Below are positions 13,345-24,167 of a stretch of DNA of 64,000 bases, piece by piece (positions within the stretch are counted from its first letter, which is position 1; each line of letters begins with the position of its first letter). The position numbers were made by a program, and so were the translations under genes. The stretch is from assembly GCA_052426225.1 (NCBI GenBank), contig JBNJNM010000021.1:2294001-2358000 (forward strand), written 5' to 3'. The notes under the pieces were generated by a model that worked only from the letters and a program-made list of their open reading frames with translations, had not been told where the DNA came from and ran no database searches. This DNA comes from Zancudomyces culisetae HAW-14-8. Its lineage: Eukaryota > Fungi > Kickxellomycota.

Positions 13345-14378
13345 TAGCAAATAGCAACATCCTTGGTTGCATTTTATATCAGTTTTGTCAAGCTTAGTTA
13401 ACTCCACTTTGTGTAGCATTATTATTCTTTTTTTAAAATCTTTTTTTAATGGTTAATAGCAAACCCGAAGCTATTTATAACTTGTGCTATTTGTTATAAT
13501 ATAAATTAATATTATGGTGATCGTGTTTAGCATGCTTTTATTATACTCAGCCATCATTAATTAATCAGTAACCACATCTCGTGACTAAAACGCAACAGTA
13601 GATGCATATAGAATAGGTCAACGAATGTCGAGTGGCTGTGAGCAGGTTTTTTTATAGAATAAATGCAAAATATGCCTAGAGCAGATCTCCCGAAACCAAT
13701 TTCTCTCTACTCACATGTTCTTCCCTTCCTTTTCTACTCCTCTTTGTTCTTTCCTGTTTATCTTATTTAATCTATCTCTAGATGTTTCTGGTGTTTGACT
13801 TTATCTACTGAACGTGAAAATTAATAGATTTGTTTCAAAACAAAACTAAAAGATGTACAGTAGTTAGCTGCTGGAAGTAGTTAACCAAATAACATCATTA
13901 TTTGAAAATGGAAATACCACTAGCAAATCTCTTCCCACCGATTCTATTAGATGGAGGGGGAGGGGGTTGTTTTTTTTCCAAAGATTTATTGCCATTAATG
14001 TAAAAACCCAACTATATTTCCGGGTTAGTAAATGGCGCAAAATCCACAATTATGTTGGACGTAGGCAGGTGATTTTTAACCAGTATACAAAAGCTGTAAC
14101 AAGCTGTGTTATGTGAATTCGCGTTGTTTAAGAAAGAAATGATATTGATTTATTCAAAACCCCCCTTTAAAAATGTATTCATGACAATCTCTACTTGTAA
14201 AAACAGTTATAGGTGGAGTGGGATGGGTTATTAATTATAAAGCAACATTACTTTTCCTAGTTTCAAGAGTTCCTAAAATTAAATTATTTGAACTATTAGG
14301 TTCAGCTATTTTTTTAAATAAAAAAGTATATTGCGAACTAATCCGCAATATAATTCAAGGCAGCAAAGCGTAAAAAAA

Positions 14379-15719
14379 ATGACAGACTGGCTCGGTTTAG
14401 CTTATCCAAAAAACGGAACTGATGAAGAAAAGGCTTATTATTTTGCAAAAATAAAAGAGTTTGAAGATGAAACTAGGCTAATGTATGAAAAAGAGGGTCC
14501 AAAAGTATCAAATTGGACACTTCAAAAGCATATTACTGTCGACAGGCTAAAAAAAGAGGTCATGTTGACCAAAAGAACAAACACTGTGTTCTATACCGAG
14601 GAAAATTTTGATGCTGAAGAGCTGGGGAAAAACTTTAAAGTTATGAGAAACTTAACATCAAATGAGTTAAGAAAAAGCGATGAAGGAAAATATGCGAGTC
14701 ACGATTGGGTAGTTGACATTGATGAAGTTTGTGACGTTAAAAAGATAGTGGATAGGATACCTATTTTTGCAGAGTTGGTGTCCAAGGATAAAAGTGAAAA
14801 GAATGGCGGACACGGACTCAGAACACACTTTGCAGAAGTCGTGGCATCCAAAAAAATCATAGAAAGCAATGGTGGCGAGGAAAAAGGATTATCATTAAAC
14901 CCGCTGGACAAAGACGAAGTTGTTATCGTCCATTATCACGGGGGTGGATACTGCATGATCACACCCGGAGCGTATCGAACCACAGGGATAGAGCTCAGTA
15001 ATCTGACTAATCATAGAGTTATTTTGCCATACTACAGACTCGCACCAGAAAACCCATTTCCAGCTCCAATATATGACGGATACATGTTTCTTAAGTATCT
15101 ACACAGCCTTGGATATAAGCAAAAAAATATAATTTTATTTGGGGAGAGTGCCGGGGGAAATCTCGTTCTAGAACTGCTGCTTGTCTTGGAAAAGCTTGGC
15201 GAGCCACAACCCCGAGCATGTATTTCATTCTCTCCCTGGGTCAATCTTGACATCACTACTGACAGCTGGGATAGAAACAAGAAGTACGATTACTTGACGT
15301 CCATTCCACTGGATTTTGTGTTTAACACATCTCGCATGTATGCCGCTCCTGGAAAATCGCTTGAGGAGGCAAAAAGTGTGTTTAAAAATCCATTCGCCAG
15401 TCCAATACATGGAGATTATTCGTTTTCTGAATGTGCGCCTATCTACCTCATTAGTGGCGAGCTAGAGCTTTTGGTTGATGATATCGACAATTTCGCCTCA
15501 AAATATGGGGTTAAACCTACTGTTATCAGTGGCAGGAAACATCCTGGGTTTGATTTTTCCCTTATTACCGACAATGATGCTGAGCATACCCATAGAAAAA
15601 AAATCATTTATGAAAAGTATGTGGGCATGATACACACCTTTTTTATTTTTGATGAGGCTGATGAGAAGCACGCGTTTATGGATGGAGTCAAAAATTTTCT
15701 TGATTCGTTACAAAAATAA
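14379..15719 (+). CDS. Hormone-sensitive-lipase-family alpha/beta hydrolase (esterase/lipase)
   Basis: HYHGGGY oxyanion motif, YRLAPENPFPAP, nucleophile GESAGGNL, ELLVDD, GMIHTF. First ATG at 14379. Confidence 0.9.
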   Translation: MTDWLGLAYPKNGTDEEKAYYFAKIKEFEDETRLMYEKEGPKVSNWTLQKHITVDRLKKEVMLTKRTNTVFYTEENFDAEELGKNFKVMRNLTSNELRKSDEGKYASHDWVVDIDEVCDVKKIVDRIPIFAELVSKDKSEKNGGHGLRTHFAEVVASKKIIESNGGEEKGLSLNPLDKDEVVIVHYHGGGYCMITPGAYRTTGIELSNLTNHRVILPYYRLAPENPFPAPIYDGYMFLKYLHSLGYKQKNIILFGESAGGNLVLELLLVLEKLGEPQPRACISFSPWVNLDITTDSWDRNKKYDYLTSIPLDFVFNTSRMYAAPGKSLEEAKSVFKNPFASPIHGDYSFSECAPIYLISGELELLVDDIDNFASKYGVKPTVISGRKHPGFDFSLITDNDAEHTHRKKIIYEKYVGMIHTFFIFDEADEKHAFMDGVKNFLDSLQK

Positions 15720-16223
15720 ATGACTTCAATTCTTTTTTCTAGCATTACCCTATTTCAAATACAATCTGTTTGTCCTTATATGACCTTCAAAAAATATATG
15801 GATTTATTCAATACAGGAAGATAGGTGTTGCACTTTGAAAATGATATTTCCTGTCAGCCATTTGATTTGGGGTTTGTGAACAGACAAACGTTAGTGATAA
15901 CTAATACAATATAGTAGCATGCAGGATGTGGAATCTTTCAACCAACCATGTGTACTTGTAGATATATATAATTATAAAGAAGGCATTTATGTGATGGGGT
16001 TTCAATATATCCTCTTCCCCAAAGAGGTTATAATCAACCTGAAATAGTTTGAACATCCATACTGGCAAATTGACTCTCAAAAATACACAAATTAGTACTT
16101 TTGAGAAAAAGATTTAATTTTTCTGCAGCGTTGTTACAGCTATGGGCCGCGCGCACTAATCAAAAAGTTATTACCATTTTTCCAAGCAGGCTTTATTAAT
16201 CCGAGTAGCGTAAATAGTAATGG

Positions 16224-16801
16224 TGTAAATAATAAACGAAGAAAAAACTATGTACCAAAATCTAAACGACTAATAATACATAATCAAACCAGATTTTAAT
16301 ATATGTGTTTCGCCAGCTAAAACGAAATATTGAATATTGATTCCAAAGACATTAACATTATGATATCTACTAAAAATTAGAAAAATACAGAGGCTTCCAA
16401 GTTTCCGTTGTCAGAAAATAATAGACCTAACATGATGTTACGATGTGAGAAATCGAACAAATTTTTTTAAAAAGAAAAACATCCCAATAGCTAAGAACTA
16501 AAAACTAGTCTTTAATCCCATAAAAAATTAAAAAATGTTTGAATAACTAATACATATATACAAACTTTTTAAAAAAGTCGTAAAGTAAACTATACGAAAG
16601 AGTTGTCCCAATTTTATTGGTTAGATAAATAGATGTATGTTATATAATTAGCTAAATATGTTTATTGTGAATTAATTAATAGATCGTTCTTTTCCTCAGA
16701 TAGATAATAGTATAATAATTATATGTATTATTAAAAATTGACCCGTCCAGTGTAGTAGTTGGTAGCAAAAGGTACCAAGTGGAAACTTAAATATTCTTAC
16801 A
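16224..16801 (+). mobile_element. Old solo LTR, family D (copy 1)
   Basis: TGTAA...TTACA termini. Both ends and ~230 bp of the right part align by eye with the reverse complement of 48723-49333. No matching TSD is left. Strand is relative to copy 2. Confidence 0.7.
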
Positions 16802-16812
16802 ACTTTGCAAAA

Positions 16813-17502
16813 TGTTGTATGCTTAGTTCTACCCAAGCTAAACTATTGGATGAACAGCATACAGCTTCTCAAACACCGAATAACCACCGTTATCTCGGGT
16901 GTTCGTGCAAGAAATCTGGGATTTCTTGGGTAATAAATTACCCAAATGTTGGAGAAATATTCAGTTTTAATTATTTTATTTTAAGTTTCTATTATATAAA
17001 GTTCTAATAAAATAGCTAGTCAGGTACTAGTATATTACTAGTAACCCCACCACAAGTTTGGTGGTTTTATCTTTTTATTTTTAAAAAGTTATTCATTAAA
17101 TAAAATACAAATTAGCTCTAAAATACTTGATTTTACTCTATAAAATTGAAATTTGTGATTTGAGCAAAAACCTACCTAAAACCAAAAAAAAAACATAGGT
17201 AGTGAAGCGTAACACAATTTTCAAAGGGTATCAGAAAGGTATCAGAGTCTAATTTTTGGACCAAAATTAATTGTTTTGCACACCAAATTTTAGGAGTTGG
17301 GCGTAATTTTACCCAGTTTTATCGCATTTATTGAAGTAATAAATACATAAAACTAAATTAAATATAAGCTAAAAAGGTAGGGTTGACTGGTTAAATAAAG
17401 TAAAACTTATTCCAGTAACAATCCCCCTCTATTAGCAGAACTTTTTGTAGGTTTAGTTGCGGAAATTTCCTGAGAAATTTTCTGCAAACTAAAATTACAA
17501 CA
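16813..17502. mobile_element. Solo LTR, family A (690 bp)
   Basis: Perfect 7-bp terminal inverted repeat TGTTGTA...TACAACA, flanked by AAAA and AAA, with several short hairpins near the left end. It abuts the full-length element. Confidence 0.7.
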
Positions 17503-17505
17503 AAA

Positions 17506-17970
17506 TGTCATATAGTGACATGAAACCTTGGTGATAAACTAATATTATATGTTTATCATCAAGTGAAATAATTAAATTAATAATATACTTTTAGTTTTAG
17601 TTTTTTTAGTATTCAATGAAACTGATTCATTGATGTTTTTTCTAAGAGTATTAGTTTATTACTCATTTAAATTGTTTCAGTATTAGTTTATTTAGTTAGT
17701 ATTAGTTCAATAGTTAGTTATTAGTATGTTTATAATACTAGGAAAAGTATTTAAAGGGTTAGTTATTGCATAAGGAAATAAATATCATTCTATCATACAA
17801 GCTTTATAGTAGTAAATAAATAGTTATGATCAACTACAGATGTTTATATTAAGTTTATAATAGTTTCAACTAAGTTTATAATTTATAACAATAATTATAC
17901 GATACATATTATACCTATATAAATAAGAAAAAAATATAAATAATTATAAGTAAAATTTAATTATACAACA
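17506..17970 (+). repeat. 5' LTR of element B
   Basis: TGTCA...CAACA, direct repeat of 22448-22912. Confidence 0.95.
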
Positions 17971-18052
17971 GTGGCGCTCCCAGCTAGGCATATACCTAGA
18001 GATATTTACAAGAAGATATATATATTCAAAAATAAGTCAATAAGAGTACAAA

Positions 18053-19618
18053 ATGATTACTCCAAAAACATTTGAATCAGATAAAGGTACTAATCCCGAG
18101 GACTGGGCGGAAAATTATCGTTTGGTGGCAAAACAGAACAGTTGGGAAGAACAGGATTGGATTGATCTCGTGAAGTTATACCTTGGCAAGAAGGAAGCCA
18201 TTTGGTATAAGAAGAATAAAGGTTTATTCACAGATTGGGATACGTTCAGTAAGCTGTTTATTGAAAAGTTTAGAGCCAAAGAAACCAAGAGTCAAATATG
18301 GGATAAGTTAAGAACAATTAAACACTCCGACTATAACAGTATTGAAGAGCTTGAATATGAGCTGGAGCTTTTATGCGAAAAAGCAGGAATTGTTAAAGAT
18401 GAGATTAAGTTGGACTTACTAGTTAGTACTTTGAAGGATGAGTTTAAAGAGAAACTCGAAGAATCTGGTTACAAGAATTGGGACAAAGTAATTAAGTACA
18501 TATCCAATCTTGAAAGGGCTGAGCAAGGAATATATAGGAAGACAGAAGGAAAAGAAAGAGTTACTAAGTTCAAAGAAATTACCAGGAATGCAGCAAGTAA
18601 ACAGGGTAGGGCAATAAAGGATATGTCCAAGGACAAGGAACCCTATGCAGCCATGATCAGGAAATTTGAAGAACTAAGTGTAAATTTATTAGCGAAAGTA
18701 GATGAAGTTGTTGAAAAAAAACTAAAAACTTACAATTTAGGTTCTGCACAGGTTTACAAGTGTTATTTCTGCCATGAAGATGGTCACAGAAAATTTGAAT
18801 GCAAAAAGTGGAAATCATTGCAAAATGACGAACAAAGTGTTAAAACAGGAACAAATGTAAACTATATTGAATTGGTAAGAACAGAGGATTGTCAAGGCCA
18901 AGAATTATTTGCAGTTGAAAAAAGAAAAAGTGATTTTAGAGATATAACTTCAGAAAAAAGAGCTAATAAAAGAATTAATACAGCAGCAACGCCTTTAGAT
19001 AGTTCTGAAAGAACCAATACTTCAGATATCAATAAAGATGTAGGAAAAATAAATGAAAATACTCCATTAAAAGCTCAAGTATATAAGAGATACATAAATA
19101 AGATAACTGATGGTACAAAAAAGTTTTCATTAAAAGAAGAGTTGGATAAAATATATCCAAAGATAAGTTTGATACAATTGTTAAACAGTTCACCTGGTTT
19201 AACTGCAGAGCTGGTTAGTATATGTGATAAATCTAATACAGCTGAGATAAATGAAATACAACTTCAACCTAAAAAAGTAACAAACTGTAGAGCTCAAGTA
19301 CAAATATTTGGCCAAAATATATTAGCAGTTGTAGATACAGGAGCAGCGTGCTCAGTAGTATCTAGTAGTATGGTTGAAGATTGGGGGTTGAATGTTGATG
19401 AAAATATCAACCAAGTTATAGTTACCGCTGATGGAAAAAGACATGCAGCATTGGGAAAAGTTAACAAGATACCTGTTAAGATTGCTTCTTACATATTTCC
19501 TGCTAATCTAATAGTTATGAACAAAAATGATGGTACTCTGATATTAGGTACAGATTGGTTAATACAGCATAAAGCATCTATAAACTTAAGAATACCTGAG
19601 ATAAGATTCCCAATCTAA
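18053..19618 (+). CDS. Gag-protease part of the element B polyprotein
   Basis: Capsid-like N-terminus, CCHC knuckle CYFCHEDGHRKFEC, aspartic protease AVVDTGAACS...LILGTDWL. Ends at an in-frame TAA. Confidence 0.9.
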   Translation: MITPKTFESDKGTNPEDWAENYRLVAKQNSWEEQDWIDLVKLYLGKKEAIWYKKNKGLFTDWDTFSKLFIEKFRAKETKSQIWDKLRTIKHSDYNSIEELEYELELLCEKAGIVKDEIKLDLLVSTLKDEFKEKLEESGYKNWDKVIKYISNLERAEQGIYRKTEGKERVTKFKEITRNAASKQGRAIKDMSKDKEPYAAMIRKFEELSVNLLAKVDEVVEKKLKTYNLGSAQVYKCYFCHEDGHRKFECKKWKSLQNDEQSVKTGTNVNYIELVRTEDCQGQELFAVEKRKSDFRDITSEKRANKRINTAATPLDSSERTNTSDINKDVGKINENTPLKAQVYKRYINKITDGTKKFSLKEELDKIYPKISLIQLLNSSPGLTAELVSICDKSNTAEINEIQLQPKKVTNCRAQVQIFGQNILAVVDTGAACSVVSSSMVEDWGLNVDENINQVIVTADGKRHAALGKVNKIPVKIASYIFPANLIVMNKNDGTLILGTDWLIQHKASINLRIPEIRFPI

Positions 19619-22435
19619 AATGCTGAAGTCATCACCAGGCTTGTTACATCAAATATATCTATTGAAGAAGAGTCTGAAATATATTTAATGATTAAAGAAA
19701 AGCCAAAAGGAATAAAAGAAATACAAAATACGAGTATACAAAAAGTACTTGAAGAATATAACGAACTTTTTGTAGAGGATATTTCTGAGTTACAACAAAC
19801 GAATGTATCTGAACACAGAATAGAGGTGACTGAAAACACACCTATCAAATTAAGACCATACCGGATTCCGTACAGATTGCAGGAAAATGTCGAAGTCGAG
19901 TTACAGAAAATGTTGCAACAAGGAATAATCGAACCTAGTAATGCCGAGTGGTGCTCACCGGTAGTTATTGTACACAAAAAAGATGGAAAATTAAGAGTAT
20001 GCGCAGATTACAGACAACTAAATAAAATAACAAAAAAGGACTGCTATCCCTTACCGGTTATACAAGATCTGTTTATGGCACTGTCTGGATCAGCAATATT
20101 TAGTTCACTTGATGCGTTAAGCGGGTTCTGGCAAATACGCATGAGTGAACACGACAAGGATAAAACTACGTTTGCACTTCCAGGAAGCGGTAGTTATCGC
20201 TATAACGTTATGCCTTTCGGTTTAACGAATAGTCCGGCTACCTTTCAGAGAACAATGGAGATGGTGTTGAAACCAGTTTTATGGAAAAAGGCGGTGGTAT
20301 TTATTGATGATATTATAGTATATTCACGTACAGAAGAAGAACATGCTGAAGATTTAAAAGATGTATTAAATTTATTAAAAATTCATAAAATTCAATTACA
20401 TAAAAACAAATGCAGTATAGGACATAGGGAAATCGAGTACTTAGGACATACGATATCGGATAAAGGAATAGGTACGAGTCCAAAAAAGATCGAAGCAATT
20501 CAAAATGTGAAAACACCAAAGTCAATTAAAGAAATACAATCACTGTTAGGGTTAACAGGATACTATAGAAAATATATACCCAATTACGCAAAAGTTGCGA
20601 GCCCTATCACAAAGTTATTAAAAAAGAACGAGAAATGGGATTGGGGAGAAAAGCAGGATAAAGCAGTAGAAGATTTAAAAGAACTACTTACAACAGCTCC
20701 GATATTAGGACACCCCGACTGGCAAAAAGAATTTGTTATAACAACGGATGCTTCTATATTAGGAATTGGTGCGGTTTTATCACAGGGAGAAAAGGGATCT
20801 GAAGTGGTTATTGAATTCGCTAGCAGAACAACTAACAGTGCAGAAAAAAATTATTCAATATCACATTTAGAAGCTCTTGCCGTGGTATGGGCTGTGAAAA
20901 AATTCAAGTATTATGTTTGGGGAAGAAAATTTAAAATCAGAACAGATCACAAATCATTGATACAAATTTTTAATGGACCAGAAATAACAGGTAGGATCGC
21001 TAGATGGGCGATGATTTTAAGAAATTATGATTTCGAAATAGAACACCTTCCTGGTAAGTTTAATCCCGCAGATGGATTATCAAGATTAGTAGATAATGTG
21101 CACGAGAATAACAACGAACTGGATGTGTTTGCAATGGAATATGTTGAATACGATGCAGTTAGACAATATTTAGCGGATTTATCTTATCCTAGTAATAGTA
21201 GCGAACAATACAGAAAAAAAATAAGAAACAAATCGCGCCAATATCGTTTAAAAAACGGAAAGTTATTTAAAAGAGTAAAAAATATTTTAAAGGAAGTATT
21301 ACATGAGCAAAATGTTAAAGATGTTGTAAATGAAATCCACAATGCTGCACACGAAGGCATTGAAAATACGTGGAACAGAGTAAGTGCAATATACTGTGGA
21401 CATAATTTATATAAAGATGTTTATGAGATAGTGCAGTGCTGCCACATCTGTCAGCTATATAAAGATGGTAGAACGAAAAAGTTTCCACTTGTACCAATCA
21501 TTGCAAGAAAACCATTCGAAATAATTGGAATGGATGCTATCGGACCTTTTACTCCAGAAACGACATCAGGAAACCGATTTATTCTTACGGCAATCGATTA
21601 CTGTACTAAATGGCCGATTGCAGTTCCGGTAAAAAACATTCAAAGCGAAACAATTATCGACTTCTTAATCAACTATATTATAACTGAATATGGAGTACCT
21701 CAAAGAATTATAACGGACAGGGGACCAGGATTTATTAGTGATGCGACAACAGAAGTTTACAATTGGTTAGGATTAAGACATGCTCCTACAACACCTTACC
21801 GTCCACAGAGTAATGGTCAAGTAGAGAGACTCAATAGGACAGTGGTAAATATATTACAAAAACAGTGTATGTTGGATAAAAGCAATTGGGATTCACATTT
21901 ATGGAAAACCATGTTAGTATTAAGAACAATGAAAAATAAATCAACGGGATACTCGCCTGCAGAAATGCTATATGGAATACAAATGGAAATACCATCAACA
22001 TGGAAACCTAACGGTACAAACGAAAATGAAGAAGAGGAATTTAAAAACAGAATTCAACTAATAAAAGAGGATTTACCACAGATAAGAGAATTAGGAATAA
22101 AAGGCTCGGTAAAGGCTAAAAAGTACGATGAAGTAAGGTATAATCGTAAAGTAGAGATATATAATTTTAAAATTGGAGATTTTGTTTTGAAGTTGATAGA
22201 GTATGAACAGGCTAAGCTAGAAAGAGTTTGGGAGGGACCTTATAAAGTGGAAAACAGATTAGATAAAGGAACTTACATAATCAGCGATCAGTTCGGTAAC
22301 AGAGACTTAGTACACGGCGATATATTAAAGCAATATAATACGAGTACATATATGATACCAGAAGTTACGACCACTTTAAAATCCAAACTACGCAGATTCA
22401 GGCAGAAAGCGCAGGATGAGGGCATCCACGCTTAA
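19619..22435 (+). CDS. RT-RNase H-integrase part of the element B polyprotein (same frame as gag-PR, after one TAA)
   Basis: RT MPFGLTNSPATFQ and FIDDIIV; RNase H TTDAS, LEALAVVWA, RTDHKSL; integrase HHCC, D-D-E (GMDAIGP, TDRG, QVERLN) and GPY motif. Confidence 0.95.
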   Translation, partial: NAEVITRLVTSNISIEEESEIYLMIKEKPKGIKEIQNTSIQKVLEEYNELFVEDISELQQTNVSEHRIEVTENTPIKLRPYRIPYRLQENVEVELQKMLQQGIIEPSNAEWCSPVVIVHKKDGKLRVCADYRQLNKITKKDCYPLPVIQDLFMALSGSAIFSSLDALSGFWQIRMSEHDKDKTTFALPGSGSYRYNVMPFGLTNSPATFQRTMEMVLKPVLWKKAVVFIDDIIVYSRTEEEHAEDLKDVLNLLKIHKIQLHKNKCSIGHREIEYLGHTISDKGIGTSPKKIEAIQNVKTPKSIKEIQSLLGLTGYYRKYIPNYAKVASPITKLLKKNEKWDWGEKQDKAVEDLKELLTTAPILGHPDWQKEFVITTDASILGIGAVLSQGEKGSEVVIEFASRTTNSAEKNYSISHLEALAVVWAVKKFKYYVWGRKFKIRTDHKSLIQIFNGPEITGRIARWAMILRNYDFEIEHLPGKFNPADGLSRLVDNVHENNNELDVFAMEYVEYDAVRQYLADLSYPSNSSEQYRKKIRNKSRQYRLKNGKLFKRVKNILKEVLHEQNVKDVVNEIHNAAHEGIENTWNRVSAIYCGHNLYKDVYEIVQCCHICQLYKDGRTKKFPLVPIIARKPFEIIGMDAIGPFTPETTSGNRFILTAIDYCTKWPIAVPVKNIQSETIIDFLINYIITEYGVPQRIITDRGPGFISDATTEVYNWLGLRHAPTTPYRPQSNGQVERLNRTVVNILQKQCMLDKSNWDSHLWKTMLVLRTMKNKSTGYSPAEMLYGIQMEIPSTWKPNGTNENEEEEFKNRIQLIKEDLPQIRELGIKGSVKAKKYDEVRYNRKVEIYNFKIGDFVLKLIEYEQAKLERVWEGPYKVENRLDKGTYIISDQFGNRDLVHGDILKQYNTSTYMIPEVTTTLKSKLRRFRQKAQDEGIHA

Positions 22436-22447
22436 AGAGGAGGGTAC

Positions 22448-22912
22448 TGTCATATAGTGACATGAAACCTTGGTGATAAACTAATATTATATGTTTATCA
22501 TCAAGTGAAATAATTAAATTAATAATATACTTTTAGTTTTAGTTTTTTTAGTATTCAATGAAACTGATTCATTGATGTTTTTTCTAAGAGTATTAGTTTA
22601 TTACTCATTTAAATTGTTTCAGTATTAGTTTATTTAGTTAGTATTAGTTCAATAGTTAGTTATTAGTATGTTTATAATACTAGGAAAAGTATTTAAAGGG
22701 TTAGTTATTGCATAAGGAAATAAATATCATTCTATCATACAAGCTTTATAGTAGTAAATAAATAGTTATGATCAACTACAGATGTTTATATTAAGTTTAT
22801 AATAGTTTCAACTAAGTTTATAATTTATAACAATAATTATACGATACATATTATACCTATATAAATAAGAAAAAAATATAAATAATTATAAGTAAAATTT
22901 AATTATACAACA
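22448..22912 (+). repeat. 3' LTR of element B
   Basis: Direct repeat of 17506-17970, preceded by the PPT. Confidence 0.95.
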
Positions 22913-22916
22913 AAAA

Positions 22917-23377
22917 TGTTATATAGTGGCTAGAGCTACCTCTAGTCATTATATAATTTTAACTTACCAGTTATTCATATACTTTTATATTAATATTTAG
23001 GTTTATCATTTAATATAAGATATTATTTATTATAGGTTATTTATTATATTATGTGCTGCCTAGTTTTTTTATCCTTCTGGATTTTTTCTACAGCAACACT
23101 CTAGTTCAATTTAAATATATTTTATAGGATTTTTATTTAATTAGTATAAAATTATTTCAGAATATTGTAATAGTCATTTTTAAAATGTATAAATATGGCT
23201 AGATATTCACTTAGTATTACATCATCAAATAAATATAGTTTATTTAAATTTGGTCTATTTGTTTTAGCATAGTTACTATAGTGAAAACAATTTTAAACAT
23301 AGTACTTAGTATAGTATTTCTATCAAAATAAATATATAATATTCAATATAGCGAAATAAACCTGTGTTTCGCTAACA
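22917..23377 (+). mobile_element. Solo LTR, family C (461 bp)
   Basis: TGTTA...TAACA termini, AAAA on both sides (TSD). Its start TGTTATATAGTGG resembles LTR B's TGTCATATAGTGA. It ends 9 bp before tRNA-Lys. Confidence 0.75.
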
Positions 23378-23386
23378 AAAAAAGTG

Positions 23387-23458
23387 GCCCGGTTAGCTCA
23401 ATGGTAGAGCGTGAGGCTTTTAACCTCAAGGCTGTGGGTTCGAGCCCCACATCGGGCG
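23387..23458 (+). tRNA. tRNA-Lys(TTT)
   Basis: GCCCGGT...ATCGGGCG acceptor stem, TAGCTCAATGGTAGAGC D-arm, TGAGG-CTTTTAA-CCTCA anticodon arm, GGTTCGAGCCC T-arm. Confidence 0.95.
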
Positions 23459-24167
23459 TTTCATTTTTGATTTTTATGTATTTTATTCTTTTATGTATTC
23501 TCAGTTTACGTTTCATATTTCTGATTATGTAAGGAAAAAAGTCCAGTCTCAGGTGCAAAAACAAAAAGCTAAGGGAATTATTTAGCAAGTTCGTACATAT
23601 CTGTGGCCAGAATTTTTATATTCGAGATTGAAACATTCTCTATGTTGACTATTTGAAAAGTAGGAATGTGTGAATCTAAGCCACAATTTATGTATTGGAG
23701 TGTTCCTTTTAGTGTGTCTCGTGCTACGGTGTGTGTTTAGGTAAATTGATAAAAATATATTCTCGTGGATGTCATTTACTTTTTTTGCACAGTATTTACT
23801 AAAGTAGCCAAGAGGTCATTAAATTTGTTCCTTTACCTGGGATCTTTGTATTCTTCAATATTGTTTAATGCGCCTTATGTTTTACTAGGTTGGTCGCATA
23901 ATTACTAAAATTCAGTAGAGGCACCACCAAGTAATTTATTGTTTAGTATGACCAAAAATAACATCGGACTCTCAAAACAGTGGCGTTTAAAGCGTTGAGA
24001 AATTCTTTGAATTACTTAAAAGTGCAACCAATATTTTTTGACCACTAAAAGCAATTGAGAATTAACTTTAGTATATTGAATCTTGTAAATTGTAAATTGT
24101 GTATTGTATTTATAAATTCACCTTTGAGTTACAATTCGATGTTAAATCTTAGTATAATATACAGAAA

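Larger units (their letters stand above)
17506..22912 (+). mobile_element. Full-length Ty3/gypsy LTR retrotransposon, family B, no chromodomain
   Basis: Two 465-bp LTRs (17506-17970, 22448-22912) that look identical. PBS TGGCGCTCCCAGCTAGG (17972-17988), PPT AAAGAGGAGGG (22434-22444), domain order gag-PR-RT-RH-IN, AAAA on both flanks. Confidence 0.97.

Noticed and set aside
16751-16812. TGTAGT at 16751 as the left end of solo LTR A
   Set aside because: It lies inside family D homology. TGTTGTA at 16813 gives a perfect inverted repeat and an AAAA flank.
19616-19618. Stop-codon reassignment as the reason for the in-frame TAA
   Set aside because: Host genes end normally at TAA/TAG/TGA, and their ORF breaks are explained by introns.
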